64,000 nt of DNA from Vicugna vicugna. Taxonomy: Eukaryota. A model generated the notes under the pieces. The model was not told the DNA's origin and ran no database searches. It was given only the letters and a program-made list of their open reading frames with translations. The DNA is taken from positions 10,769,009-10,833,008 of the forward strand of contig MU058781.1 in the NCBI GenBank assembly GCA_013265495.1, written 5' to 3'. Both the position numbers and the translations under genes were made by a program. Position 1 is the stretch's first letter, and each line of letters starts with the position of its first letter. Of this stretch, positions 23,641-37,253 are shown piece after piece.

Positions 23641-26600
23641 ATCCTTTTGACTACGATTTCCCCCCTCTTTCACTCTTCTTATTGTTCCATGTTATATATA
23701 TATACACTGTGTCACACCAAGCCCATTCCCATTAAAAAGTGTACATTTTCCCGTATTTCTCATTGACTCTCAGTCATGCATTCTGGAATTGACTCCAAAG
23801 CATACAAGATGATTTTGTCTGTATCACATGAAAACATTTCTGCTGACTTGGTAAGGAATGAAAGTGGCAACCCAATCCAGGTGGCATCAGACAACTTGAA
23901 AGCAAAAGTGCCTAATAACGTGTATGGAGTCCCTCTGTTTACTTAATGAACGACAGCAAGGATTCATAGAATATAGTATAATATCAGCTCTGAAAGTTTT
24001 CTCTTGAAGCTCCACTGTCTTTCCCTTTCTTTTTTTCTTCTTTTTGCTATTTTTTTCATTGGCATTTTGATTATTGAGGTCAGTCTAGTTACAGTTCCAT
24101 ATTTGCATTTTATTTAGGTATCTGCCATTTCCATTACAAGTCATTTCAGATATTTTTAAGGCTTCCCCAAAGTTTTCTTTCTACATGTGTATAAGTAAAA
24201 GGAATTTAGAATGTTACAAAAGTAGAAAATTATAGTGTAAACATATAAAATTTTTGACGGATTAAAGCATGCCAAATCCGGGGTTACTGCATATTTGCTG
24301 CAGAAATAAAATATATAGTCATCTCACAAAATTTAGAACTACTGAAATACAACCTAATTTATCAAGAAGGCTAAACTGGAAAGATTCTGAATTGTAGCAT
24401 TAGATAAAGAAGTGTAATGTTCCCTCTTAAGTAAACACTGACTTCTCTGAAAGCTAATTATTTTTTGCACCAAGTAAGTTGAATACATTTGGAAAAATCA
24501 TAGCTCCTCGAGGTCAGAACATATTACTATAAGGAAAACAATTTGGCTTGCACATTTCAAAACAGAGATACTTGGCCCAAGCCTCTCCTTGGTGTGGAAA
24601 TGTGCCAGAGTTACCTGTTTGGGCTGAAAGAAGGGTGCCTCGTGTCAGGTATATTTTTTCACATGTGCAAATTGTTCAGTGGCCTCTACCTAGGAGAGGG
24701 CATTAACTCACTTCATCATGCATTCCATATTGCTACCTATGTGGTGACCAGGATGTATTCTTGAGCTGCATATGTTGCAGATGGGTGGTTATTTAGCACT
24801 TAACTATTTCTCTTCAGCTTCTGTTTAGCAATGCAAAGTTGTTTGGCTCCTATGATTTCTCTTCTCTACCACGCTGGCAGCCCTGTATTTTAGAGTGTGG
24901 CATGCCCTTCCCTCCTGCAGCTCTGCCACTCCTAACACGGTTTGTATGTAGGAAATCTCAGCAGACCTCAGGAGCTACTCTAAACCTCTAAACCTCGACA
25001 TTGAGTAAAAGATAATGTATTAGAGACTTCAGACTCCTGCCACACAGTTTTGGTGAAAACTATTTTGCTTCATGTGTAGGCATGCATTCATCCTTGTTGT
25101 ATTTCAGAGTGCTGTCTCTGCTTAAGTGGGTTAGATATTAAAATCAGCACATCAGGCAAGAAGTGGATATAATCTAAATAACCCTACGAAAATCCTCATT
25201 AGCATCCTTAAGTTGTCAAGACGAGATTCTTAAAGGAGCGTGATAGTGTTTTTTTCTCTCTCTGCATTTTGGATTCATCCTTCTTTTTCCTTAGAACATG
25301 GAGACCAAGAGATGTAGTTTCAAAAAAGGAAAAGCAAAGGAATATGAAAAAAGATTTTCCGTCTACTTGAATGCAATTAGGTTAAAAGGGCATACAATAC
25401 TATTCAAAACTACTGTCCATTCATCTAACAAATGTTTGTTGATCACCTTGCAGGTTCTCAGGATACACTGCTAAATCAAACAAGTGAACATTTGTGTCCG
25501 TATGAAACTTACATTCTATAAGACAACAATGGAGCCCTAGTTTTATAGATGGAGGGTTTTTCTTTTTTCTTTTTTTTAACTATTTTTAAGCTTGTTTCAG
25601 AAAGGAGACGAAGTAGAAATATTTTTATTTTGCTATCTTTAATAAGTCACTTGTGGTGCATTTGCTTTTCCGTTTTCTTTTAATGCAGTGCCATGCTGAG
25701 TGGACGATAAGGCAGGCCAGCTTATCTGGATTATATTAGTGGACTGCATTCACTGCACATGGTAGGTATTCGTGGATTGTCGCTGGTTCACCGTACTCAA
25801 CCCTCAACTCTGCACATATGCACACCTCCACATACATGACTTGTCTGAGCAAATAATAGGAGATTAGTGTAAATTCCTGGGCTTAATAAAATTAGTATAT
25901 TGTCTTGTAGCCAAATTTTTGTATTACCTACAGTCCTTTTCCTTAATTGCTAATGTCTCTTCAGGTTGCCAAATCATAGAAAATAATTATTACCAGGATT
26001 TTTACTAATAAAGTACCCCTCTTCATGGTCTCTATTCTCTCTCCTCTAATACAAAAATAAATAAATAAAAATTTAAAAGAGATATTATATTTTACCATCA
26101 GAATTCCTCTAATTCAGCATCCATTTTCAAAATTGCTCTGAGATCTGCTTTCTGGACAGAGAAGCTAGTAGCTCACTGTGAATAACACAGCAACTGTCAT
26201 TTATTATAGTTGCTGAGGTTAACTAGACATGCCCCTTCTTTATCAGGGCAGTGGCCATTTCTACTATAAAATTCTCATGGTGCTTGTCCATTTCTGCCCC
26301 AATTATTTTCAACAGCAATATGTGCTCCTTCTGCCACCAACTCCTTTGACTTTACCACACCCAAAGTTTGAATTACCATGCTGAACAAGCATGAGCCTGT
26401 ATTTCTTTTTAATTGCTTTTCATTCATCAAACTGTGGGATAGGTAAGGGCACCATAGCTCATAAAGAATATTTAGGACTCCCACTGAGATAAAACATTTC
26501 TGATAAGAACATATTTTGCATTCTCTCCACTTACACCATGAATTACTACTGAATACATCCCGTGTTACTAAAGTAATTGATTTACAAAATAGCTTTTATG

Positions 26601-27360
26601 TAGCACATACAAACTCACTCTTTTGCAAAATGTGAAAGATTTTCCAATGCAACAATTTGGTGGGATAGAGAGACTGCTGAGCTGAAAAGCAAATACAGCT
26701 ATCTGATTAATTGATTCTGACCTCATAAATATTATACTTTGGGGGCGCTAATGGAACTTCCTGAGGGTAAATTGTATGGTTCACCTCATTCATTTATATC
26801 TCTGGCTGACAGATGTACATTATAAAATGTCACTGAATATGCTGGCAATAAATGAGGTATAACATTAGCATCTTGATTCTGTGGTGGGATTTTTATGGAA
26901 CACTTTTGTTAAATGATTCCAACAGTAGTAAAAATATTACAATATTATTCATTATACATAATCCTTTCTATTTTAATCAGTCTCCCAGCAATTCACATTG
27001 ATCTTCTTTATTTACAACTAAAATGTCTGCATTTAGAAAGCAGGTTTCTCTTTTATTGTGTGCCATCTCTTCCACATAATTAACAACCCTTGATTGTTGG
27101 TAGCAAGAAATTTTAGGCATATTGGTTGTTGTACTATTAATATTCTGTATAAAAATTCTTAGAAAGAATATGGTATAAAATTTCAAACTTCAATATGAGG
27201 CAAGATTCAAGAATTACATCACAAATTGACAGTCTTGCTTGGAATTAAAATTTTCAGTCTCATAATAATTATGTTATCATTTCATTTAAAGAAACATTTG
27301 TAAATGCTTAAACTCTACATAATAAAAGCAAAAACAAGGCAATTTTACACAATAATATGA

Positions 27361-29244
27361 CTTTTTTTCAGTTTCATTGAGAAATAAGTACATACATTAC
27401 TGTATAAGTTTAAGGCATACAGCATGATGGTTTGATCTACATATAGTCTGAAATGATTACCACAATTGGTTCTACTAGCCTCCAACTTCTTCAATAGATG
27501 AAAAGAAAAAAGAAAAAAATATTTCCCCAAGTATGAGAACTCTTAGAATTTACTCTCTTAACACCTTTCCTATGTATCATACAGAAGTGTTGGGTATAGT
27601 CTTCATGTTGTACATTCCATCCCTAATACTTATTTATCTTATAACTGGAAGTTTGTACATTTTGACCACCTTCCTCCAAGTCCCCCTTCCCCCATCTCCT
27701 ACCACCTCCTGTAACCACAAGTTTGATGTCTTTTTACATGAATTTGGTTGACTTTTTGTTTGCATGCTTTTCACATATAAGTGGTATCATACAGTATCTG
27801 TCTTTCTCCATCTGACTTATTTCACTGAGCATAATACCTTCAAGTTCTATCCACGTTGTTGTAAATGGTAGGATTTCCTCATTTTTTATGGCTGAATAAT
27901 ATACCACAACTTCTTTATCCATTCATCCATCAATGGAGACTTAGATTGTTTCCACGAATTGGCTGTCGTGAATAATGCTGCTGTGAGGATAGGGGTGCAG
28001 ATATCTTTTCCACTTAGTGTTTTTTATTCCTTTGGGTATATTCCCAGAAGTGGAATTGCTGGGTCATATGGAAGTTCTATTTTTAATTTTTTGAGGACCC
28101 GCCATACTGTTTTCCATAGTGGCTGCACCAATTTACAATCCCACCAATAGTGCACAAGGGTTCCCATTCTCCATATCCACGTCAGCACTTGTTATCTCTT
28201 GTCATTTTGATGATGGTCATCCTAAAAGGTGTGAGGTGATATTTATTTGTGGTTTTAATTTTCATTTCCCCCAATGACTAGTATGTTGAACATCTTTTCA
28301 TGTACTTGTTGGCCTTTCCTATATTTTCTTTGGAAAAATGTCTGTTCCAGTCCTTTGCCTATTTTTTAATTGGACTATTTGTAGGTTTTTTTGTTTGTTT
28401 GTTTGTTTTTTCCTACTGAATTGTATGAGTTCTTTGTATAATTTGAATATTATCCCCTTATGAGATGTATGGTCTGCAAATATTTTTTTCTGTTCCATAG
28501 GTTGTCTTTTCACTTTATGGATGGTTATTTTTGCCATGCAGAAGCTTTCTGGTTTGAAGTAGTTTGACTTATTTATTTTTCATTTTGTTGCTTGTGGTTT
28601 AGATGTCATATTCAAAAAATCATTATCAAGGCCCATGCCAATGAGCTTTTTTCCTGTGTTTTCTTCTAGGAGTCTCCTCATTTGATGATCCAAATCAAGC
28701 AGATCTGAACCCACCAAGTTTCTTTATCAGAGTGCACCCATTACCTGTTTTGCAGATGAGCAAAGCTGCTGATTGAGATTACTACTTAGTAATGCAGGTA
28801 GAAATTCAGTCTGCCAAGATCCATGTGTTGGATGTTGCAGACCCCTCCCCTGCTTTCTCTGTCATGGTCAGATTCCCGGCAGTTGAATCCTGTAGATTCA
28901 CCTCACCACAATAATCCCTCTGGTAAGAGATAGGGGTTCCCACAAAGGAACCCCAATGCTGGGAGAGGGGCACTGGTTGCCCCCCTAGGTTCCCTTTTCC
29001 CGCTGTAGGAACCAGAGGCTCAGCGGAAACCTCTCTGTGTGAAGCTGCAATGTTTTGCTGCTTCTCTTACCCTCTGATGCCGTCTGTCATGGTCTCTGCG
29101 GTGCAGGGGGTTCCTTCAGCCTCACTCCCATGTTCTAGGATTCTCTCAGTGGTATTTTACTATTAAATAGTTGTTAGTTGTTCTCCTTGCATGGGGGAGC
29201 AAAGTCAGGAATGACCTATTTTGCTATCATGATGCTGTCACTCC
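27361..29244 (-). mobile_element. LINE-1 with 5' UTR joined directly to ORF2 3' end and 3' UTR
   Basis: Minus ORFs 27734-27922 ([30 protein letters not shown]) and 28319-28537 (KVKRQPMEQKKIFADH); 28674-29244 reads from 29244 as GGAGTGACAGCATCATGATAGCAAAATAGG...AGAATCCTAGAAC, resembling an L1M3/L1MA9 5' terminus. Confidence 0.8.
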
Positions 29245-31687
29245 AGTAATACAATGTATTTCAATATAATAGTATATTTTCTGTTATTGTACAACGTCCC
29301 TGAGAAAAAATGAATTTTATATGTGCTTTTAACCTACAAAATATGCAAATTTCAGTGAACATTAATCATGCCAATGTAAGGATGATTATTTTAAAGACAA
29401 TTTAGCTTCAGGAAAAGGCTAAAAAGAGAACTAGCGTTATCTGCCAAATGGAGCAATTTAATAATGTACTTGAGGTGTCATTGTTCTTCTTGTTTGGGGT
29501 TCCTGAAATGCAGGGAAATGAAAGAAAATTCATTTTCCAAAAGTTAAAATATAAAAGATACTCAGTGTTTTTGTGAGTAAAAGATTTAGACAAAATGTCT
29601 AATTGTTAACACGATTATCACTATTCTTAAGAAGCCTCGATTTTCTTTTTTTTGTTATAGCTGTCTATATATTGTTATTTCATTATTTTTACAATTCTGG
29701 GTGGAAAACATATTTAACCCTATTCTTCAAGTGAGAGGCAGGAATATAGGAAAGTTATGAAGCTTCAATATGGTTTAAAGAAACCAGTGATTAAGCTGGT
29801 CATTGTCAAATCCAGGATTTAATTCAGTCAAATAAATGTGTTCAGTGCACCCTTTTATGTTAACTGAAGCCCAGCTAAACAAGTTAGTACAACCTTCTGA
29901 AATATCCACATGTTGAAATGCAAATAATTTCTAACAGTATCAGCAGTGAATTTACATTTTAGCATCCTTGGTAAAAAGAAAATGGATAAGCATGTAGTGT
30001 TGGCCACAGCAGAAAGAACTATATTCATTATAAATCCAAATAAATGAGGACCCTGCTAATGTAAAAATTAAAAAGTAACTAAAATTTATGTTAGGAATGT
30101 ATTTCCAGACTTCATCAATTAACTTCTATACGCTCTTCAGATCTTTATTTCTGTCCTTTCTGCAGGAAAATCTTCTTTGATCCTCTCTTCTCTTTATGTT
30201 ACTACTAATTCCTTTTTTTTCCATTTATGCTTTTACATTCATGAGTGTGATTATCTGATTAAAATCTATCTTTCCCACTGGAACAATGAGGCTATGAAAG
30301 AAGGGACCAAGCTTCTTTATTATATTTCCAGAGTGCTGGGCTACTCTGCAGAAAATTTAAATCTATGTTACATTTAAGTAAAAATTCTGATTTCTTTCAG
30401 GTATTTGTGAATATAAATTCTGTGCTCTAAAATTATATTAAGTTTTAATTTGCTAGAAATAGCTCAAATATTTCCATTCCCTAAAATTTCCAGGTGGGGA
30501 AAATAGCGTTTGACATGGGAAACTTTTATTTTTTATCAAATTCCATTATACCCATATGCTCATATTTTTACAACCTTTTGACTGATTTCTTTCATAACAT
30601 ATAATCATAATTTTGTTAATAATTTTAAAAATGTGTATTTTATATTCTGACTTGATTCCTCTTAAAACTTTTCGGTGAAAAGTGCAATTGACATATATGA
30701 TAAAAATCAGCAAGTTGATCATTAGACAAATTGACTTTCAATGAATTGATTTAAGGCAAATAACCTGCTTCTTGTTTCCAGTACCTAACACAAATCCTAG
30801 CAAAATAAGTGCATTTGGTTTTATTTTGACTTGTAATCTGTAAAGTTATATATAAACAATCATTTTTGAAACATAAGAGATTTTTGTCAGGTTCCCTTAG
30901 GTACGTACTGGCTGAGTCACTTTAGAAAGATCTGCTAATCTCCCTCAATCTTTCTTTCTTCATTTGAAAAGAAGTTACCAATAACTCCCTGCATCTCTCT
31001 TGAGAATTTGGGAGGAATTAAATAATGTATATAGGGCTTTTACAAACCATAGAGTTCTATAAAAATATAAGGCAGTCACAAAGAAGCTCAATCTAAAGCA
31101 TCATTTTTATGAGTCATCTGTCTTTGTAACATTTTTCTACACTTGAGTTATCTCTAAGTCTGAATGGCACATTCATTCTTGAATGCTTTGGGAGCTAATC
31201 CACCAGAGATACAAGGTTATAATGGTTTCATGGGTATTTCCAGGGCATTTGTCAAATCCCCCTTTTTAGAAAGCCAGACATACCATTTCTTTCTAGAATT
31301 CCTATAGGATTATAATCTACAGAGGGTATGTACTGCAAATCAGGACCAGCCAATGTACAACTGGGGGACTCAATCTGTCCATCATTAGGAGGAACATCTA
31401 AAATCAAGTTGACTAGAGGGAAAAACGAAGGTGCTTTTTCTTCTACATTCCTGTTTTTTTAATACTTTACAAGGAGAGAAATGGCAGGCACTCTGCTTGC
31501 CTTCTGTTAGGACTCTTAATTGGTCTAGCGATTTGAGCTTAAACATCAATATAGCAATTAATTTCTCACTTCAAAATATGGCAATGAAATAAGAGATGTC
31601 CCAATTCCTCGGTCTCCTATGTAGACGGATGTTATTGGTGGCCTTATAGCATGCACAACAACTGGAAAAAGCTCAGTTTAGTCCATT

Positions 31688-31830
31688 TAACCCCCATTTT
31701 ACAGATGAAAACAAATGAAGTCTAGTGAGCTTAATGAGTTGATCAATGGTTGAACAACTCACAAACGTTGGAACTGGGATTCAGCCCTCAGGCTGTGTGG
31801 TTTAGAAGGCTGTACCTTAACTCACTGCAA
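31688..31830 (-). mobile_element. MIR SINE
   Basis: ccccattttacagatgaaa...ggaactgggattcagccctcaggctgtgtgg...cttaactcactg. Confidence 0.75.
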
Positions 31831-32284
31831 GAGGTAGGTGGTTGATAACTCTTTCCTCTTCCAAACCAATAAAACAATTTCTCAAACTTTCATTCACATG
31901 GAACTTATCTCAATCTAATTCCAAATTATTCTTTTCTATTAACTGCTACCCATAAAAGGTAAAATTTACTCTTCCTTTCAATACAGTACAAAGACACAAC
32001 ATCAAGAGATACCATAAAATCCAATGTGAATTACAAAATGGACTCCTGACTTATGAAAGCCAGAACTCATCCTGGCACCATGTTTTGATTTCCACTGCGA
32101 CCTATTAAGTCAGATGGAAGAGGAAGCAAGGGAGAAAGGAAAATGGTTTTGATCCCAATGGCAAGGCAGTGTTCTACTGCCACTCCTCCTACCCTCCCAA
32201 AGCTCTTCATTTGCCTAGGCCATTTTGCCTAATTTCCACACTTAATTTCTGGAGTTCCCTAACTCTTGGATCTGCTCCCTCATT

Positions 32285-32450
32285 ACTCAGTTCTACTTCT
32301 TATTAGCTCTGTGTCCTTGGGCCTCTGGACCCTCACAGGTAAATGAGAATAATAATATTGTATGTTTAGGATTAAGTGTAATGAGATCATAGTGACTGGC
32401 ATTTAGAAAAACAAAACCAAAGGAAGCTGCTACTATTATTATTGTTCTCA
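32285..32450 (+). mobile_element. MIR fragment
   Basis: ttctacttcttattagctctgtgtccttggg...gtaaatgagaataataat. Confidence 0.6.
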
Positions 32451-33089
32451 TTAATAACCTAATTATTATAATCAGTCAAGAGATAGAGAGAATTAAGGGG
32501 AAAAAATGAGAGCAAATGAAAGGAAGAGAAATAAATCTATGTGTTTTATAGATAAATAGGAGACAGAAGATAAAAGACAACACTTGGTGTGCTAAGTGTT
32601 GCCTTTTTCCAGTCTCATCTCCCACCATCCTCTTTGATCCCTATACTTTAGCCATACTGATCTACCTGCCTTTTCCAAATGTGCCTTGCTTTCTAGTACT
32701 ATTAATCCATTCCTTCTCCTTGAAACAATATAATTGTCCCATTTTATAATTCATGGAACAGTTACTGACAGGCTGGACAAAGTTTATACAGAAGTGTGGT
32801 TATTTATGTGCACATTTTATCTACTCCAGATTTCAAATTCTTTAAAAAAAGAGACTTATTGTTTTTTGTATCCTCTATGGCACCTACAAATGTTTACTGA
32901 ATTGAATCAAATTTCCAGTCTTGCTGTATGTCTTTTTATGGGGAAGCAACTAACCAATACATCATAGTTTTTCAAAATTACTCTTAGAGTTAAAAACAAA
33001 TAGAATCTTTTTGCATTTTTCTACTCAATCTTTATTTTCCAATATCATTGCTTTAGAATAGGACAGGGCACTTACTTCCATGATGGAAA

Positions 33090-33295
33090 ACTCAGTTCTC
33101 AACCCTGGATGCATTTTAGAATCATGTAGGAAACTTAAAAAAAAAAAAAAACACTGATGCCTAGTACATACCCCAGATTAAATAAATCAGAATCTGTCTT
33201 GGTGTTTATTTGGAGGGATGGGCAATGTGAAGAGATGGATTTTTTTTTAAGTTTCGTAAGTCATTTAAATATTAAGCCAGACTTGAGTCACTGGT
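33090..33295. mobile_element. MER5A-like DNA transposon
   Basis: cagttctcaaccctggatgcattttagaatca...ataaatcagaatctg...agccagacttgagtcactgg. Confidence 0.75.
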
Positions 33296-33569
33296 TTAAG
33301 TTCACGATTATACGATTTGAAGAGAAATAGCTAACCAAGCATTGTCACTCTCTGTTTCAGAAAGCCAGCTTCTTTAACCTTACCCCAAGAACAGCTTGGA
33401 GTCTATCCCATCAGAGCAGGGCAAAGTGGTAGAGCCAATAAGATGAACACTGATGTTAGTAATTTGTAGGCTTTGTGGTCAATGACACATTTCCCCCAGA
33501 CTCAGAGATCACCATTGAAAGGGAAAGCAACTTGAGGGACAAATTTCCTTTAGTCAAACAGTGATTAAC

Positions 33570-33780
33570 AGTGTGGAATAAAGAATTTGGCTTTGAGGTC
33601 AGGCAGAATAGAATTTGAATTCTAAGTCTGCCACTTATTTTTTATGGGCAAGTCTCTTTGTCTATATGAACCTATGAATTTTCTCACATATAAAATGAGA
33701 ACAATAATATTAACTTTAAAGAGAGGTGTATTTTTAAGAAAATATATGTAATTTGGCCGACAAGTACTAGAACATTAATT
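33570..33780 (+). mobile_element. MIR SINE
   Basis: ggctttgaggtcaggcaga...tttgaattctaagtctgccactta...ataaaatgagaacaataat. Confidence 0.7.
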
Positions 33781-35311
33781 TTCTAAAACTCTGGCCATGG
33801 CCTCGGAGAATTATCTTCCTTCAAATCCTAAAACACAGTAGATGTTTCTTAAGAAATATGTTTACTCAGGGCTACAGTGAAATCATGCTGACCTTATTCT
33901 ATAAAAGCAACAAATCATGGCTTGCTATTAGTGAGTTTCATCCTTGAATTCTAGTTCTATCCGTTAGCCAGAAACTCCTATGTTTATAGGCTGGCCTTAA
34001 AAAGACACAGAATTACTCATGTCCTTAAAAATCCTGGACTTGCATCAGCCAGAAACTTTGAGATTCATTTCTTCCCACATGCACACCCATCTTCATTTTC
34101 AGTCTTTCATCCCATATTCCCTTATCCATGACACCTCTGGCAGGATGCCTGGAAGGAAACTCATGACCCATCAAGTTAACTTACCTCAGGAGTAGTAGAC
34201 ATATAGGCTTAATTTAACCCAGAAGACACCAAGAAACACTAACTTGGAAACGGAGGCCAGGCTGAGCTAATACACAGCCTTGAGAACCATCATTTATAGT
34301 AGGTGTACAGCCTTCAAGCACAGATTAGCTCACTCTGAAGGCAATGAGCCAGGAATCACGTCTCAATGTTAATTATAAGATAACTGGTCTACATAGTCCA
34401 GGGAATTCAGTCAGTAGAAAGAGTGTATATCCATCTTGCTTCCCCACAAGCCACTAAGAGCAAATTCGTGACCCAAAGGCAATGTAACATGTGTGGCTAT
34501 ACTTCCAACACTCCCCCACAAACTCCCCTTGAAAGAGAAAATGATAAAATTTTATCATCTTTGTAGTGTGAATCCTTAAATATCTCCAATTTGGATGAAT
34601 TACTTTGGTGTACATGACTACTCATTGAAGGCATTTTTTAAGAAAGTTGGGAGAAATCAGGTCCTTTCTCAAACACATTGCTCAAAAAGAATGACTTATT
34701 TCTGCTGCCCAATTTAACACAAAAACAGAAAATGAGAAAATGAAGAAATGTGAGTGAAGTGGAATTTAAGAGAAACCACAGAATCTGGTGTTACTATCAG
34801 ACTGTGTTTTCTAAGTCTTTCCATGTCACAAATCTGCATTCATCATTCCAGAGCTGGAGAGGAATTACTGTGAGAAAGAACCACTTGGGAATTTTACTTT
34901 GTTAGTTTAACAACCAAAACCAGTGTCCAGTAATAAGCACAATCATACTTGACCTATCACTTTCTTTCTCTTTAAACATCCTGGAATAGTAATTAAGTTT
35001 TCTTTGATTCCTTCCTGTTCCTAAATAGTTCCTTGGTCAGTAGTGAAGCAATGTTGGAGGCATAATCAGTTTGAAGGGAAAAATGTCCTTTCTTAAACCA
35101 AAAGGGGCTGTCATTGGGTTAGTGAAAGGCAGGTAGGAAAAGGAAAACAAGTAATTTCCTATTTCTACTGTTAAAATATGGTTAACTATCATTTTTCAGA
35201 AACAGAACAGCTCTTTTCAGTAACTTCCCTGGGCCTAAGATGAATCATTGCCCATAAATACATGACAGTTTTCAACTGTGAGTGGTAACTGTAAAAAGAG
35301 GTAGAGGACAG

Positions 35312-35960
35312 TCATTCATTCTTTCATTTAACAAGTATTTATTCAGTTCCTAGTATGTGCCAAGGATTCTACTAGATGCTAGCAATATGAAGATATAGAA
35401 CATGTGGACCCCCCAAGAGCTCTTAGTACAGAACAGAACATAGATATGCATAAAGATGATCTAGACATCATGTGATATTTTTATAGTGACGTGGTGTTAT
35501 ATACAATTTCATCAAGACCACACTAAAGTAGAAGAGAATGTAAGAATAGCTATAGGCACGAGGGAATTCAAATATGAAAGTTAAGTACATTGAACAATTG
35601 AATTGAAATTTGAAACAGAACAGGAGTTTGCCAGACAGAACAGGGGAAGATATTATAGGCCAACAAAGAGTATGGAAATGAGTAGATGAGTAGTAGAAGC
35701 AAGACAAAACTCGAGGGTTAAAAAATGAGGCTAGTAGCAGAGACAGAGGCCAGAATTTGGCTTTTATCTTCCAGATGATGGAGAGTCACCAAATAATTTG
35801 GAGCAGGGAGATAACAAAGGCAGATTCAAGATTGGAAAGGTTAACTGGGAAGCAGAGGAGGGTGTGGACTGGAGGGGAGCAAAATGGAGGTGGGGAGACT
35901 GCTGCAATGGTCCAGATGGGAGGATGCTGGCAGTGCCACTGGAGATGGAGAGGAAGGTAG
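35312..35960 (-). mobile_element. L2 LINE fragment
   Basis: cattcattctttcatttaacaagtatttattcagttcctagtatgtgccaagg is the reverse L2 3' terminus, followed by a purine-rich L2 body. Confidence 0.75.
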
Positions 35961-36849
35961 GAAAACGAAGGAATGCAGGAACACAGGGAACATTTGTGTA
36001 TTAGGGCAAAGCTTTTTGATTTGGGCAAACCTAAGAAAAGCACATTAAAATGAGAACATTTATTAAGTAGTTTCCAGGAGCATGTGGTTCAACTACTGAT
36101 CAGTACTAACTCAAATAGTACAAGATATCCTACATTTCACATTATAGTATTATGAAATAAACATATACATCCAAATATGCATATCTAAATATTAAATAGA
36201 CTCATCACTTAAATTCCAAATGATGAGAGAATTTCAGAGGGCATTTGTGTTGACGGGAGTAGATTAAGGGGGAACAAAAAAGTAAGGATTGTTTGGCTCT
36301 CTCTTTTCCCCTATAGTCTCTGATATCCCATGTTATAGAAAGTGCTTGTGGGTGGGGAGGCTACCATCTGAAAACCTGAGTAAAAGGCATTACTTTGTCC
36401 AAATTAGCTCTCTTCCTCCAACAAGTACTTTTTAAAGTTTATAATGAAGTGAATGAATCTCCCTTTCAAGAAGCTGTCAGCAAACTGTCAAACATTGTAA
36501 ATTATAACATACTCAAATGTAACCAGCATGTATTTAACCTAGGCCCTGTGGAAAGAAAGATAAACAAGATATTATGATTAGTATTAAAAATATAAAAGTA
36601 AAGACACTGGAATTCAAAGTAAAGTATAGCACTTGAAAAATCTTAAAGACTACTTGTATCAGATGGAGAATTTCCCCAGGTTCTGATAACATTTGTTAAC
36701 ATTTTCCACCATCAGGACTGTACTTCATCAAATCAAGATGCCTTCCTCATAGCCCACCCATAAGACACACATTTCTAGTCCCAAAATATTCTTCATTCTT
36801 CCTGGAACCTAACATAATCTCCAATTCTATATTTTTATGGCTTTCTGCC

Positions 36850-37253
36850 TGTGATGTTTAATTGTATGTGTCAACTTGAAAGGTGTTTTCAGATGAGATT
36901 AACATTTACACTGGTAAACTTGGAGTAAAGCAGATTGCCCTCCATAATGTGCTTGGGCCTCATCCAATCAGTTGAAGGTCTGATAGAACAAAAAGACTGG
37001 CCTCCCTGAGCAAGAGGCAGTTCTCCAGAAGACTGTCTTCAGACTTTATCTGCACCATTGGCTCTCCTAGGTCTCCAGGCTGCCAGTCTTCCAATTGGAA
37101 CACCACCATTGGCTCTGAGCCTGTGGGCCCACACTGCAAGTTTTGGAACTGCCAGCCTCCATAGTTGCACGAGCCAATTCCTTATAATAAATCTCTTTCT
37201 ATATATAGATAATCCTATCTGTTCTGTTCCTCTAGAGAAAACTGACTAATATA
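36850..37253 (+). mobile_element. MLT2D-like ERVL LTR
   Basis: tgtgatgtttaattgtatgtgtcaacttga...gagtaaagcagattgccctccataatgtg...gggcctcatccaatcagttgaagg...ttctgttcctctagagaaaactgactaatata. Confidence 0.9.

Noticed and set aside
28660..28690. L1 junction as a spliced integrant using the CTCCTAG acceptor
   Set aside because: ACTCCTAG is retained at the junction, whereas splicing at that AG would remove it; other splice sites were not tested.
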